From assembly GCA_030390025.1 (NCBI GenBank), contig CM059431.1:114888001-114952000 (forward strand): a stretch of DNA of 64,000 bases, in the 5' to 3' direction. A program made the position numbers and the translations under genes. The notes under the pieces are model-generated. The model was not told the DNA's origin and made no database searches. It saw nothing but the letters and a program-made list of their open reading frames with translations. Shown in pieces: positions 1-11,671 of the stretch (positions are counted from its first letter, which is position 1; each line of letters starts with the position of its first letter). The DNA is from Squalus acanthias (lineage: Eukaryota).

Positions 1-1429
1 GAATATTTGTGAGAAGAATTCTAATTTTAATCACAAAATTAATGTTGCAGTCATTTAACACTGACTTAATGTGTGAGGACTAAACTCTGAAAATAAGAAA
101 AATTAAATAAATGAGCACAGTAAAAACTTGATCATGTCAACTTCATAATGTAGCTAATAGAAATGCATGTTTACTGAATCTAATCTTGATAATTCATAGT
201 TGGATCCGAAGATCTACTTGATACCCCTGGCAGCCCACAGAATTGCTTTGTTATTTCAGCTATAATTCTATACCAGTTGTGTTACTTTGAGCCAGTGGTA
301 CATGTTGTCAAGAATAAATTAAAACAGTATGACTATTTGTAATCTCAGTTGCTGAAATGCCCTAAATTTCATTATTTTAAATTTAAAAGTTATTCTCTAA
401 ATTGTTTCATACATTAAATTATGACATAGCATCTATCAAAGTGCTCAAATTTTAAGAACCTTTATTAATACTAATATGAATTGTGCAGAGGAGCCATAAT
501 TTCAGGATTAAAAGTAAATCAGGACCATCTAGATTGATGGTTTGCCCAAATGTTGTCTGTTTTCAATTAAACATAAGATCACTTTTTCTTTTCTTTCATT
601 CCAGACTAAAGTCCATTTTTCAAAGTTTACATTTCAACTGCATTTCAGAAAGCCATTTTGATTTAGGACTCGACTAAATTATCTCTCGTGTTTTTGTGTT
701 TTATTGCCATACTAATTATATTACTGATTTGTTTTATCTTAGTGAAACGTTTTAAATTGGTCCCATTAAAATTGCCTTGATTTATTAGCTGTACAGGTGT
801 CACTGAGAAAGTTTGACCTGTTTGAAGATTGTTGGTGAGGAGGGTAGTTGTCAAGTAAAGATTGCTGGTAGAAATGGAATTCTGTTCTTTGTGCAAATAC
901 ACCTGTGTTTTAACCTTGTGAAAGGTTGAATGAGAAGATTGGACCATTTGCCCCACTGCTGTTCATTTAAATTCTAGGAGTAGGAGTTCTATTACTTGTA
1001 TTGCATATAATCCAATTCCTATATTTAAAAATAGCAAAAGTAACTTAGTTTATTGAGGTGGTGAGAGAGAGAGAGGGGGGAAGTATGGTAACTAAACCTA
1101 TATTTTTGTTTTGTTCTTTTAGATTCTGATTTCAGTGTAGAAGTGGCCATATGGCAATATGCACACCACCCTTTGAATGTGGAGGAATTGTAGTAGTTTC
1201 AGCTAGTGATGTTTGTATTTAATTTTAATTAAGAATCTGTGTGGACCTCTGACTGAATCCAAATGAAAAATGTACTACTGCTTTCAGTATTTTGATCTGC
1301 TTTTAAATTTGTTTCTTTTATCGGTTGTAGCCTAGTTTTAAAAGTCACCTTAAGTAAATTTGTAAAGCTTTTCTACTGACATAACATATTGTTGACAACG
1401 TGATGTCCTTGTATCCATTATAAAATAAA

Positions 1430-2230
1430 GGGGGAAAAATTGGGTATCGCCCATTTTAGGGCGCTAAATCGGCCGGGCGCAAGATTTAGCACTCGGTGCT
1501 AATTATCACCTCCGACTACAAAATTTGCCTCAATCGCCCCTGGAGGTGATTTGAGCTTTAAATCAGGTGCTACACACCTCTCTTAAGGCACAAATGTCAG
1601 GGAGCGAGGCGCTACCTCAGAACGCTACCAAAGCTCAGGCGATATCAGTTACCATGGAAGCCAGACAGACTGGTACTGTCCAGTTCTTAAAGGGGAGGGG
1701 CCCATCTTGCTGGCCAGCCACACCCTGCTCTTTGCAACCTTGAATCTCGGCCTGGAGAGACCTCTAAAGCAATTGTGTTGGAAGCACTAATGGATAGGCC
1801 CAGGGAAAGAGCTCGGCGCTTAGGAACTTCAAAAGTGGTGCTGAGGGCCAAAACCCCTTAGGACAGCGTTAAATCTCTCCAGACGTCTCTCTCCCTCAAC
1901 CTGCATGTACCAAAAATTTTGCCGACAAGAAAAGGCAGGAAGGGCCCACCTTTAAATAGCGCTCCCCCAGCGCCTTCCCGACTTGAAAATGTTCCCCTCT
2001 ACCTGTCGTTCCTAGCAGCAGGCGCTTAGGCAGGGGGTGCGACTCAATATCCGGTCCGGGGCGCTACCAGGGCGTTGCATGCTCGACTGATGTCACAATT
2101 TGCGGGCGCAGGAGATCGTGACGATCGTGTTTAGTGCCGCTGCAAAACGACTGGTCAATTTTGCGAGCGGCGCGAAGTTCCTTGTGCCCCCTGGAGGAGC
2201 TAACCAACCGAATTTCCCCCCCCCCCCCCC
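1430..2230. mobile_element. Harbinger-type MITE (non-coding, GC-rich) in an NDFIP2 intron
   Basis: Imperfect TIRs: GGGGGAAAAATTGGGT at left, ACCGAATTTCCCC plus an expanded poly-C at right. AAA flanks both ends (possible 3-bp TSD). Sharp GC contrast with the AT-rich intron. Confidence 0.65.
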
Positions 2231-2321
2231 AAAGCGTATTTATGCTCATCTTATTTTTTGTCCCTTTCAGGACTCTTTTCTAAAGTAAAGTATTAATTTG
2301 TATTTTTTTTTTTCCTTTTAG

Positions 2322-2425
2322 GACTGCTGCTGTTTTTCAGAGGCTTTATCAACTACCTGAAAATCAGAAACATGTCTGAGAACATGGCTGCGGCACACAG
2401 GACCAGACTTTTCTTCTTGTACTAG
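2322..2425 (+). CDS. NDFIP2: Last coding exon of NEDD4 family-interacting protein 2 (C-terminus)
   Basis: Polypyrimidine tract and AG acceptor (2320-2321). Phase-1 reading gives (G)LLLFFRGFINYLKIRNMSENMAAAHRTRLFFLY*, matching the vertebrate NDFIP2 C-terminus as I recall it (LLLFFRGFVNYLKVRNMSESMAAAHRTRYFFLL). TAG at 2423-2425 is followed by an AG|GTAATG donor at 2427/2428. Upstream exons are not found in the window. Confidence 0.93.
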
Positions 2426-2517
2426 AGGTAATGAAGCATTTCAGTGGGGAAATGGGTAACAATCTGACCGTCGGCTATCTCAGTGGTTTGGTAGTTTCCT
2501 ATTTCTTAAATGTTATT

Positions 2518-2922
2518 TTTTTAATTCATTCATGGGATGTGGTCATCGCTGGCAAAACCAGCACTTATTGCCCATCCCTAACTGCCCTTGAGAAGGTGGT
2601 GGTGAGACAACTGAGTGGCTTGCTAGGCCATTTCAGAGGGCAATTAAGAGTCAACCACATTGCTGTGGCGTCACATATAGGCCAGACTGGGTAAGGGTGG
2701 CAGATTTCCTTCCCTAAAGGACATTAGTGAACCAGATGGGTTTCTACAACAATCCGGTAGTTTCATGGTCACCATTATTGAAACTAGCTTTTTATTCCAG
2801 ATTTATTTAATTAACTGAATTTAAATTCCCCAGCTGCCGTGGTGGGATTTGAACTCCCATCTCCAGATCATTAGTTCAGGCCTCTGGATTACTAGTCCAG
2901 TAACCTAACAACTATGCCAACA
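2518..2922 (-). mobile_element. tRNA-derived SINE whose 3' tail matches the LINE at 62722-64000
   Basis: On the minus strand: A-box-like TGGCATAGTTGTTAGG and B-box GGAGTTCAAATCCC. The 3' ~85 nt (2520-2606) align with 62722-62802. Confidence 0.8.
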
Positions 2923-2994
2923 TTCCCCTAAAATAACAATAACATCCTTGTGTTTAATTAGGGGAGAATCTGCTCAATGTGATTAAAATGTATT

Positions 2995-3445
2995 TCCTCT
3001 GCAGTCTACTGCTGTCTCCTGATTCCACTCATACCTGTTGCAACAAAGACATTACCTGTCCTTCAGCATTTTCTCCTTCTTCTGTGTCTGCATTGTCACC
3101 TCTGGTGTACCTGAGAACTCCACCCTTGATCCCTTCTCTTCCTTGATATCTTATCCCTTGGCAATACCCTGTGGAAGCATGGAGTCAGCTTCTACGTGCC
3201 TCTCCATTTTCACATTGATCCCATGGCTTTGCTGCAGTCTCTAACTGACTTCAACGTGAAGACTTCTGAGAAACAAGGTTCCCTCCAGCTTAATGTGAGC
3301 AAAACTGAAGCTGTGCTCTTCTGTTTCTGCCAGCACCTGCATGCTCTGGTCATGACTCCCATCAACTAAGCTACCTTTCTCGCGTCTATTCTGTTAACCA
3401 AAATTGCTTTCTTACACCCCTGTAACATTGCCCACTGCTGCCCCA
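2995..3445 (+). mobile_element. Old, degenerate L2 LINE RT fragment
   Basis: Decayed match to the L2 copies at 17715 and 61190 (GTCACCTCTGGTGTACC, CTCCAGCTTAATGTGAGCAAAACTGAAGC). Confidence 0.6.
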
Positions 3446-3449
3446 CCTA

Positions 3450-3885
3450 TCTATCTATCTAATTTGCATTTGAATGAATCAATACTAACTGCTCCTGCTG
3501 TCCCCCTAGGGAGCCTGTTCCATAGATTGACCACTCGCTCACTGAAATATTGTTCCCCCAAATTAGTTTTGAATTTACTCTCCCGGCCCCTTGAAGTGCA
3601 GGCTGTGTCCTCTGGTTCGACTGTTCTGGACAAGGTGAAATAAGCTTGTCGTGGTCTACATCATCTAGTCCCTTTAGAATCCTAAACCAGCAGTCCCATT
3701 GTCTCTCAACCTTCTCTTTTCCATTGGGATCATACCAATTTACATAATCGCTTCTCATAATCCAGTCCATCCTTCCCCATAATCATTCTGGTTGCTTTCT
3801 GCTGTATACTTTCAGTAGCTGCAATATCCTTTTTGTACTGTGGTTAGCAGAACTGTACACCGCCTTCAATGAGGCATTGACCAGA
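3450..3885 (-). mobile_element. CR1 LINE 3' fragment
   Basis: Minus-strand ORFs give FSERVVNLWNRLP...SIDSFKCKLDR and FRILKGLD, typical of the CR1 ORF2 C-terminus. Confidence 0.8.
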
Positions 3886-4309
3886 CAAGAATTTATACCT
3901 CGCATTGGGCAATCGCTGCAGCCGCCCCACCCACTTCACGCCCATTTTGGGTACAAGTTGAAAGTTTGCCATATTGTTCTTGAAGCTCATTGAATAGTGT
4001 ATGAAGTTAATAAAAGTATTTTGCTTTTTATTTCAACATTACCTTCTTGTTTTTGTATTCTATTCCTTTTGATACAAAACCAAAGATTCTGTTTTACTCC
4101 TTGTGCTGACTCTTAATGACACAGCAAGATATCTCTGTCCCTTTGCTCCCTTTAACATTTTGCCATTTACAGTGTATTCGTTTTCCCTTTTCCTGTTTTC
4201 TAAATGCATTGTAATGACTATTGCTTTTAAATATCCTTGCATCACTATACAAATAATCTGTAATTTAATGCTTAATTACAGATCTAAGATGCAATGGTCT
4301 ACAAACATA

Positions 4310-5092
4310 TGAGCCTCGATACCTCGATTTTAACCCCCACCCATCCCACCGCCAGGCGGGAGGTGGTTAAAGTATCGGGATCGAGCAAACCGACCCCATT
4401 ACTGCCTGTTTAAATTTTTACAAACGCCTGTCAAGCTATCGACGAGGCTCCTGCAAAAGGCAGGTGGGAGTCTAATTAATATTTAAAAGTCGCAGCCCGA
4501 TGACATCATCGGCGCCGCAACTTAAATTTAACGGTATGTCAAAGGGAGTCAAAGGCTGTGGGATACGCGACAGCAGATCCGAGGTCAGAGGAGCCGACTG
4601 GCCAAGCAAAGTGCTGAAGATCTGCTCTTTTAGCGCTCCTTGTGGGCCAGGAGGAGCAGGAGTGCTCCCCCCCCCCCCCCCCCCAACCCGGCCTCACAAG
4701 GAAGCCTTTTGCCTCCCCCAGCCCCGATCACAGTCCCGATGTCATTGCCCCCCCACCCCCAGTTCCTATCATGGTCCCAATGTCCTGGCATCACCTCGCT
4801 CTCCAGATGGCAGCACCAATGTCCTGGCTCCCCATATCAGGACGCGGCCTGGAGCCTTCATCCTCTACTAACTGCTGGGGATGGTCCCCACGGGTCCCGG
4901 CTGCGGCCTCCTACTGCTTGTTAGTGCTCCCGCCCGCTGGGCAGGCTGTCAGGCGGGAATCTGCAGAAGATTATTTAAATGAGAACTTACCATTAAGATC
5001 AGCAGGACCTCCTCGTCTCCAGCCTTGCCAGGTTCTTCACGCGCTGCCGGGCTCCCACGCATCCTCCCTGCCTCCCCGTTAAAAACAGGGCC
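4310..5092. mobile_element. Harbinger-type MITE (related to 37681-38364)
   Basis: Ends CCTCGATTTTAAC and GTTAAAAACAGGGCC. Internal GGGCCAGGAGGAGCAGGAGTGC is shared with 38031-38052. Confidence 0.65.
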
Positions 5093-5539
5093 ATGGTCTT
5101 ATAAATAAAGTATGGCATTTATAAGAGATTAATTTAAATTTAAAGCCCAATCCATTTATCGGTCCCCTTTATTTGTGTTGCCTATTTTTAACCTTTAAAC
5201 TGTGTATTTTATTTACAAATGGTGTTAACTTGCTTTTTGAACCACTAGTTCCTGTCAATCCATACTACAACCCAGCAGCACCTAGTAAAGTTCATTAACA
5301 CCTGTAAACAAAATGTATCATTTAGTGGTTCACAATCAGCTACAATATTGGATTATAAATAAATTGTGCTTTAGAGCATAAATTTCAATAACTGGTATAT
5401 TAGAAAATGTATTTGGGATGGTCAATCTTTAAATGACAGAATATCTTTCAAGCCATTCATATAGTAAAATAAATATTATTAAAAGGAATGTTTGCAGCTA
5501 GGTTTTTTGAATGATGTATCTTAAATAGATCTTTTTTGT

Positions 5540-5850
5540 CTCTTAGCTGGGGGGTAGCAGTCAGGCTGCTGCTACAGTTGGCTGCACCCTGACTGCTACC
5601 TAAACAAAATCACCATGGTTGCTGGTCTTCATCACTGTGTAGCTCCTCCTGTTGTAAATGGATATGTATGGAAAATAGATGGGGCTGTGGTGTGATCAGC
5701 ATCCAATATTCATTGTTCAGGCTTACACAGAATGAATGGTTCCTTGGGTAAATTACCAGAAGGTTGGTTATACCCAGGGAACTGTTCCCTATTGTAATTT
5801 CTTGCCTTCAGAAGAGTGTAAGTGTAGAAGATTGGAAGGAAAATGAGGAA
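5540..5850 (+). mobile_element. Degenerate copy of the SINE family typified by 47262-47625
   Basis: Shares GCTGCTACAGTTGGC, GGC(T/A)(T/C)ACAC...AATGG and the CCTTCAG(A/G)AGAG end motif with 47262-47625. Confidence 0.5.
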
Positions 5851-5902
5851 GAGGAAATAATTCCCAAATGATTAATTTTGTAATTTTATATCTTTCTTCC
5901 AG

Positions 5903-7090
5903 AATGTGGCTAATGAGCAACTCGAACATTCCTTCCTAATGTGAAATGTCCAGATGTTTTGCTTCAAGCTGCCAAGTTATTTGGATGTAAAACTACTGAA
6001 GAATAAATAATATAAGGTGTTACCACAAAATCGAAGCAAATTACTGAATTTCAAGAGCCGATTTTCTGAATTGCTGGATGGTTGGAACTTTTCCTTTTTA
6101 AAATTTTAAATAATAAGTGAATATACACAAAAGTGATCCTTTTCAATGTAAAAGGGTTCTAATCTACAAATTGCTACTGGAGCCATCCTTGTACCCTTAA
6201 TCATTGACCAAAATGTTTATCCCATAGACGCTGAAATAAGTTTGTAACTGGATATCCAAAGTGCTTCGCCTTCCCACCTACCCAGCCCATAATCAGTTGA
6301 TAAATTTGATTTAAAGAAAATTGATCTCTTTCTTGAATTATTTAACGTGATTGAATTTTAAAAGCAGCCTTTTTTCCTATTAAGGTGGTAATATTTGAAG
6401 AACAATATGTAGTTTACTGGAATTAGGATTAGAGCTCTATTAAGTATCTTGATATGCCTTTAAAATATTTCCAGAACAGGAAGTAGTTCCACTTATTTGT
6501 ATGGTTTTAAGCTTTTGAAATGGCTTAGCTGGTTTATTCTCAATACTCACTTTTTACAGTGACTATTGCATGACATGAAACTGCTTTGTTAACACAACTA
6601 TTCTCTTATTGGCTCAAATGTTGCATCATATTGCTAGAAAAATATAACTGGAATTTGATTTTAACATTCAGAGGTTGTAAATTGTTATAATTGCTTTTTA
6701 CACCCTGTTATAAAAATGCTTCATTTGGCTGTTTTTTTCTTTGTTCTTTTAAAGTCAATTAGCAAATCAAATGACGAGTTTTAAAGGATTGTTCATTTCA
6801 ATTTGTGCTGATTTTTTAAATTGCATTATTTGAAAGCTTGTTCAACAGAAACAAAGTAAAGAAAATCAAGGTTGTATTTGAGAATAATTGAAGTCAGTGA
6901 TGGTGACTTGAGTTATGACTTTGCAAAAGATGTATAAAACCAGAATCCTGCACTTGTAAGTTTGAGGATAAAGAATAAATGCTGATTTAGTAATTCCATT
7001 TTGTTTTGTTTTCAACAACTCACAGACTAGAAAAAAATGCAGTACACTTTTGTTTCTGAATTTGAATAAAAATGTATTTGAAAACTTTTG
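5903..7090 (+). other. NDFIP2: Probable terminal 3'UTR exon of NDFIP2
   Basis: TTTTATATCTTTCTTCCAG acceptor (AG at 5901-5902) is the best candidate I see downstream of the 2428 donor. Repeat-free and AU-rich. AATAAA at 6974 and 7064 with downstream T/GT-rich tracts. The 3' end is an estimate. Confidence 0.6.
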
Positions 7091-8414
7091 TAAAAATATA
7101 TTGCTTTGTATTTATCGGTCTAGATAACATAAGTTGTCTTGCATACACTTTAATCTCGCAGAAACAAAATTTGGTTGTCCGCACCAAAATATGGAAAGGC
7201 TCTTTGACAAGCACCAGAATTAAACTTGTGTAGCTTACTAAAAAGTAGCACTTTCCAATACACAAATTATGGAACCAAAAGAAGGAAGCTTGGGTACAGA
7301 AAATACATCATGCTCAACAAGCCATGCTTGTATTACTGAATGGTGGGAAATTAGAGCTCATCCTTGTGAAATGGCCACTTCTTGAGTCAAGGGGCTCGAA
7401 TTTAATAGCCCTTTGGAGGCGGGTCTATAGCGAAAATCAGAAAAAATGGCTTCAGACGCCCAACCCACCTCCATCCCGCCCCCACCTGATTTTCGTGAAT
7501 GTCTGTTGAGCCGCTCCCAAACTGGCCCGACTGGAACCGGTGGGACAGATAGTTAAGGCAGTTAAGCACCTGTTAACTGCCTTGCTAATCCTATTTTCAT
7601 AGTGGTTTCCCATTTTCGTGCTTCTGGCTCCTGTTTCCCGACTTGTCAGAAACAGGCCAGGTTCAAGGAGACGAGTTGCTGGAGGACATGATTTATATGC
7701 ATTGGTGGAGCACTTTAAAAGCGCCCCTGAAACATGGCTGACATTCAAATGCAACAATTTTGCTGTTGTAGGTATGGGATAAGATTTTGCACATCTACTG
7801 ACCTTGTGACTGTTCAAGCTGACACCCATCTGCAGTGTGACATGAATGGAATAATTTCAGGCCAGTTTGACTGTGCGCTTGCAAGCTTGTTGCCTCAAAT
7901 GAAATCTATAGCAAGGGGATGGGAAAAATTTATGCCCTCTCATCCTGGTCCTCATAATTGGAGGAGTAGCAGCCGCGTGGCTCAGCGTAGTTCTTCCTGG
8001 GAAGAGGAGTAGGGGGAGGACGAGGGGAACCTTGCATGCCCTGTTGTGACCAATGCAGCGTCCCTCCAGTTCACTGCTGTCCGTCAAGCAGGGTATGCAC
8101 ACTGCCATGCCACATTAGCATAAGCTTACTCTTCAACCATAGGTGGCTACCATATGGCTCTGTAATTGCAGGCAACATTTGTCCAATGTCATACATCATC
8201 TCTGCTATACCCTGTTATTTCCTATCACTTTTACCATCAGCATTACAAAAGCAAGTCACCGTGAGCCCTCAATGCGCTTTTGCCATTTCCCAGAACACAT
8301 AGGCCACACAATCAACTGTTTGACACCATTTTTCTTTTACACATCACAAAAGGATAATAAACCAACAACAGTCAGAAAAAAAAGATAAATCATCCAAGTG
8401 ACTCACCTTGTGAC

Positions 8415-11400
8415 TATAGGTGCTTAATCTTTCTCTTACGCGTGCTTCTACGTCGTGCTTCCCCTTTGGCATCAGCAGATGTAGAGGCACCTTACTGACT
8501 AGGATGCTGTGCCTGCTTAGACGCCTTTGGCGGGTGTCCTCTGGGTTTGGGAGCCTGGGAGGGCTCTTCAACAGTCTGCTCTTCCTGCGGCTGTACAGGG
8601 GTTGAAATGGCCATCTCCGTTGTCTCCGCAAAGTGGGTCTCTGACCGAGGGCTCCGCAGTGGCATGGTCATATGAGCGCTTTGAGAGGAGCCCACACTTC
8701 CTTCTGTCCTGCCAACAACATCCCTCTCATGGGTCAGCCGCACCTCCGTGCTGGCAAGTGGCTGGAGAGCTGCACTTCAGGGGGACCATGAGGACCCATA
8801 TCTGCACTGGCAGTCCTCATCAAAAGGATGTCCATGAGCTCTGCTCTCTCTGCTCAATAGCTGCCCATCGCACCTCCAGAGATGACATTCTATTTTGAAC
8901 AGTCACCATGTTTTCCTGACTGGCGACTTATTTCCTCCATGGTGGTAGCCATCCCTTCCACTGAGGTAGCCAGCCTTTCCACAGAGGTTGCCATCCTATT
9001 CATGGTGGTGCGTTCATGCGCCATTGCCTCCACCACGGCAGTGCTGATGTTACAGATAGACTCCATTCTCTCCACACTCACTAACCCTAGAGTGTAAGGT
9101 TTCCAAAATTTGCAGATCACCAAAACCTAAGAAAAAAGGACTTTGGAACTACCTCAGAGTGATAAAAATGCATTTGGGCCTAACATAAGGAATTTAAGAC
9201 CAAAAACCAAGTTTTGGCATTTTAAAAACATGTCTGGGCCTGTAAAGGGACAAGGAGGTGGGGACGACCTCTGTAAAAGCTGTTTGGCTATTGCAGTTAA
9301 TTACACTGTCTGGGGAACTAGGATGACCTCAATCAAGCCCCAGCAGACATTAACATTTTGACAATAGATCCTGGGAGAAGACAGTCCCACCCAAAACATA
9401 GGCCCCATCAAAACCGATTACAGGGCCCATCAGAAACATGCATAATACAAATCACTCAGACCCATTTCTAAAGAAAGACCGAGTCCAGCCTAGAAAACCA
9501 AACACAAAACCAATCAACTGTAATCAACCAAGGAGATCGACAGGACGCAAGCCATCCCAAAAACCAGTTAACACACTAGTAAAGTCGTTACTGTTAACGA
9601 GGCCTCCAAAATCTTACAATGACCGGGATTTGATTTGGTTTTGATAAGGAAGCTTCAATTAGTATAATTGAAAGGCTGTTTTCTCAAGAAGGCAGTTCTG
9701 CAGTTTTGAGTTCAATTGAAAGCCTGTTTTCAGCAGAAGTCAGTGCTGGAGTTAGAGTTCAGGAGAAGCAAGTTGGGCAGTTAAAGAAGACAGTTCAGTA
9801 AGAAGGGAGTTCTCCAGCACAACAGTTCAAGTTCGAGTTCTCCAGTAGAGTTACACAGCAGCAAGGAATTCAGCAAGCGGTCCGGCAGAAGACAGTTACA
9901 GTTCTGCAAGAAGGCAGTTCCACAGCTCGGAAGAAGACAGTTTAATCAGAGGCAGAGTTCAACAGAAAGAAGTTCAATAAAGAAGGCCAACAGCTCCAGA
10001 AGTAGGCCGACACGCAAGAAGAGACCAGAGCGACTGCCTCAGTGACCATCGGACACCTCGCGGCAACAAGGGCCGTACAAAACTTTTTACTCAAAAGACT
10101 CTAAACCCTAACTCTCAACTGTCAAGGATTCGTTTGGTGAGCATTATCCCTGGTTCTCTGGAGTCCAACCTAGCTAGTGAAGTGGAATTGGGAGGGGTGA
10201 AGTATTCTTCTAATGTTATTTTTCTCGCTTGTACCAAAGTGTTCCCCACTTTTAGAGTGTTAAGAGTGTTTGTGTTGTGTTTTACTTTCTTGAATAAAGA
10301 TCAAAGTTCTTGCATCAAACTCAGTTGTCTGCTGCACCTTTTATCACAACCCCCAAATAAGTCCAAGGTCTAGAACCAAGGGAGTGGGAGCGATTCGAAC
10401 CGCTCAGAAGTCAGAGGTGAAGCTGACACAAACCACCACCCCCTACAAGAGGCAAACCCTTCCAGAGACTCCTGCACTTGTTCCTGTATTTCCCGATTCG
10501 CTCTTTTTCTGGATGGCCCCAGAGGCACAGAGTCTGCATGCAGCTCAGCAGAGCTAGGAGATTGCTGCGACCTCTGCAGAGGACTCTCCACTGCTGTCAC
10601 TGTCTCCACCATCTGCTCATGCTCACTTGTGCGCTGTGATAGAGCAGGTGGTAATACTACTCTAACTCACGATGGCCCCACCGAGGTGTGCGTTGCTGCA
10701 CTGGTGCTGGGTGCGCTGAGTCCTGGTGACGCTGCTCCCTGAGGCTTCAGGTTCCTCTGAGGAGTTGTTCAGCTCTTTGTCCTGGATCATGGGGAGGGGA
10801 GCACTCGATGGTCCTGTGAGAGAGTAAAGGCATGATTTAGACATCTGATATTGATGTAGCAGACACATCCTTTTGAGCAGATACTACAACGCAATTGAAC
10901 ATCATATGCCATTGCATTCTGAGAGGGATGAAATTCTATTATGTCACCAGTTTCCTCCAGTGTGCCCGTCTCTCCATCGCCCACTTCCAGGTCCTCGCCA
11001 TCTCCAACAATCTTGTTTGCAGCCTCCTCAGCACTGATAAATGTGGCTAGGGTAGGTGTTCCTCCTCCAGTCATTGCTCTCTCCCTCTTATTGTGGACTA
11101 TCCTTTCCTGCAAGGAGGGACACAAGTGGTGTTTCAGCCACAGTGATGGAGTGAGTGTCAAGAATCCCTACCATAGAAGCTTTGAGTGAGATGAAGATGG
11201 GGTAAGGCGCCAAGAGGAAGCTAGCTCCCTGTGCGTTGTTAGTTGTCACTGCATAACAGTGAGAGTGAGTCTAAGGGGTGCATAGGCAGGATGCTGAAGT
11301 GATTCAGTGCAGAGACAGAGATGGATAGGTAAGGGTAAAGTGGGATGTGAAGGAGGAGGCTTACAACGCAGAGTGCTGGTGATGAGAAGAGAAGGGAAGC

Positions 11401-11671
11401 AAATTGAAGGCAAGTGTGATGGGATACGCACTTTTGATGTTCGCACAAGATCATTAAACCTTTTTCGGCACTGGATCCATGAGCGTGCATATATGGACCT
11501 TGCGCTGACCTCCTCAGCAATGCGCAGCCAGGCTGCCTTGGTCTGCTGAGGAGGCTTCCGCCAGCCATCAGGAGGGAAGAGAATCTCCCTGCGCCCTCTG
11601 ACAGCATCCACAAGTACATGGAGGGAGTCATCATTAAAACGAGGAGCTGCTTTGCCTCTGGAAGAAGTCAT
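8415..11671 (-). pseudogene. Three-exon Myb/SANT-like DNA-binding protein gene of the Harbinger element (disrupted)
   Basis: Exon 1 11671-11432 (APRFNDDSLHVLVDAVRGRREILFP...AWLRIAEEVS...RSWIQCRKRFNDL). Exon 2 11107-10948 (160 nt, AG/GT). Exon 3 starts at 10813 and ends RRSTRKRKIKH near 8420. Interrupted by the LTR and by frameshifts. Confidence 0.82.
9093..10447 (+). mobile_element. Solo LTR (1355 bp) of an LTR retrotransposon or ERV
   Basis: TGTAAGG...CCCTACA termini. 4-bp TSD AGAG at 9089-9092 and 10448-10451. AATAAA at ~10293. No internal coding region. The Myb exon 3 sequence resumes on both sides. Confidence 0.85.

Noticed and set aside
1100..1200. Strong acceptor-like TTTTGTTCTTTTAG at ~1122 as an NDFIP2 exon
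   Set aside because: The downstream translation does not resemble the expected penultimate exon (FSDYF.GYF.GQYWLWW), and there is no convincing donor.
4500..5082. Three overlapping proline-rich ORFs
   Set aside because: A by-product of a GC-rich MITE with a poly-C run. No protein motif.
9650..10000. CRISPR-like repeat-spacer array
   Set aside because: The units are degenerate, irregular and inside a eukaryotic LTR, and no cas genes are present.
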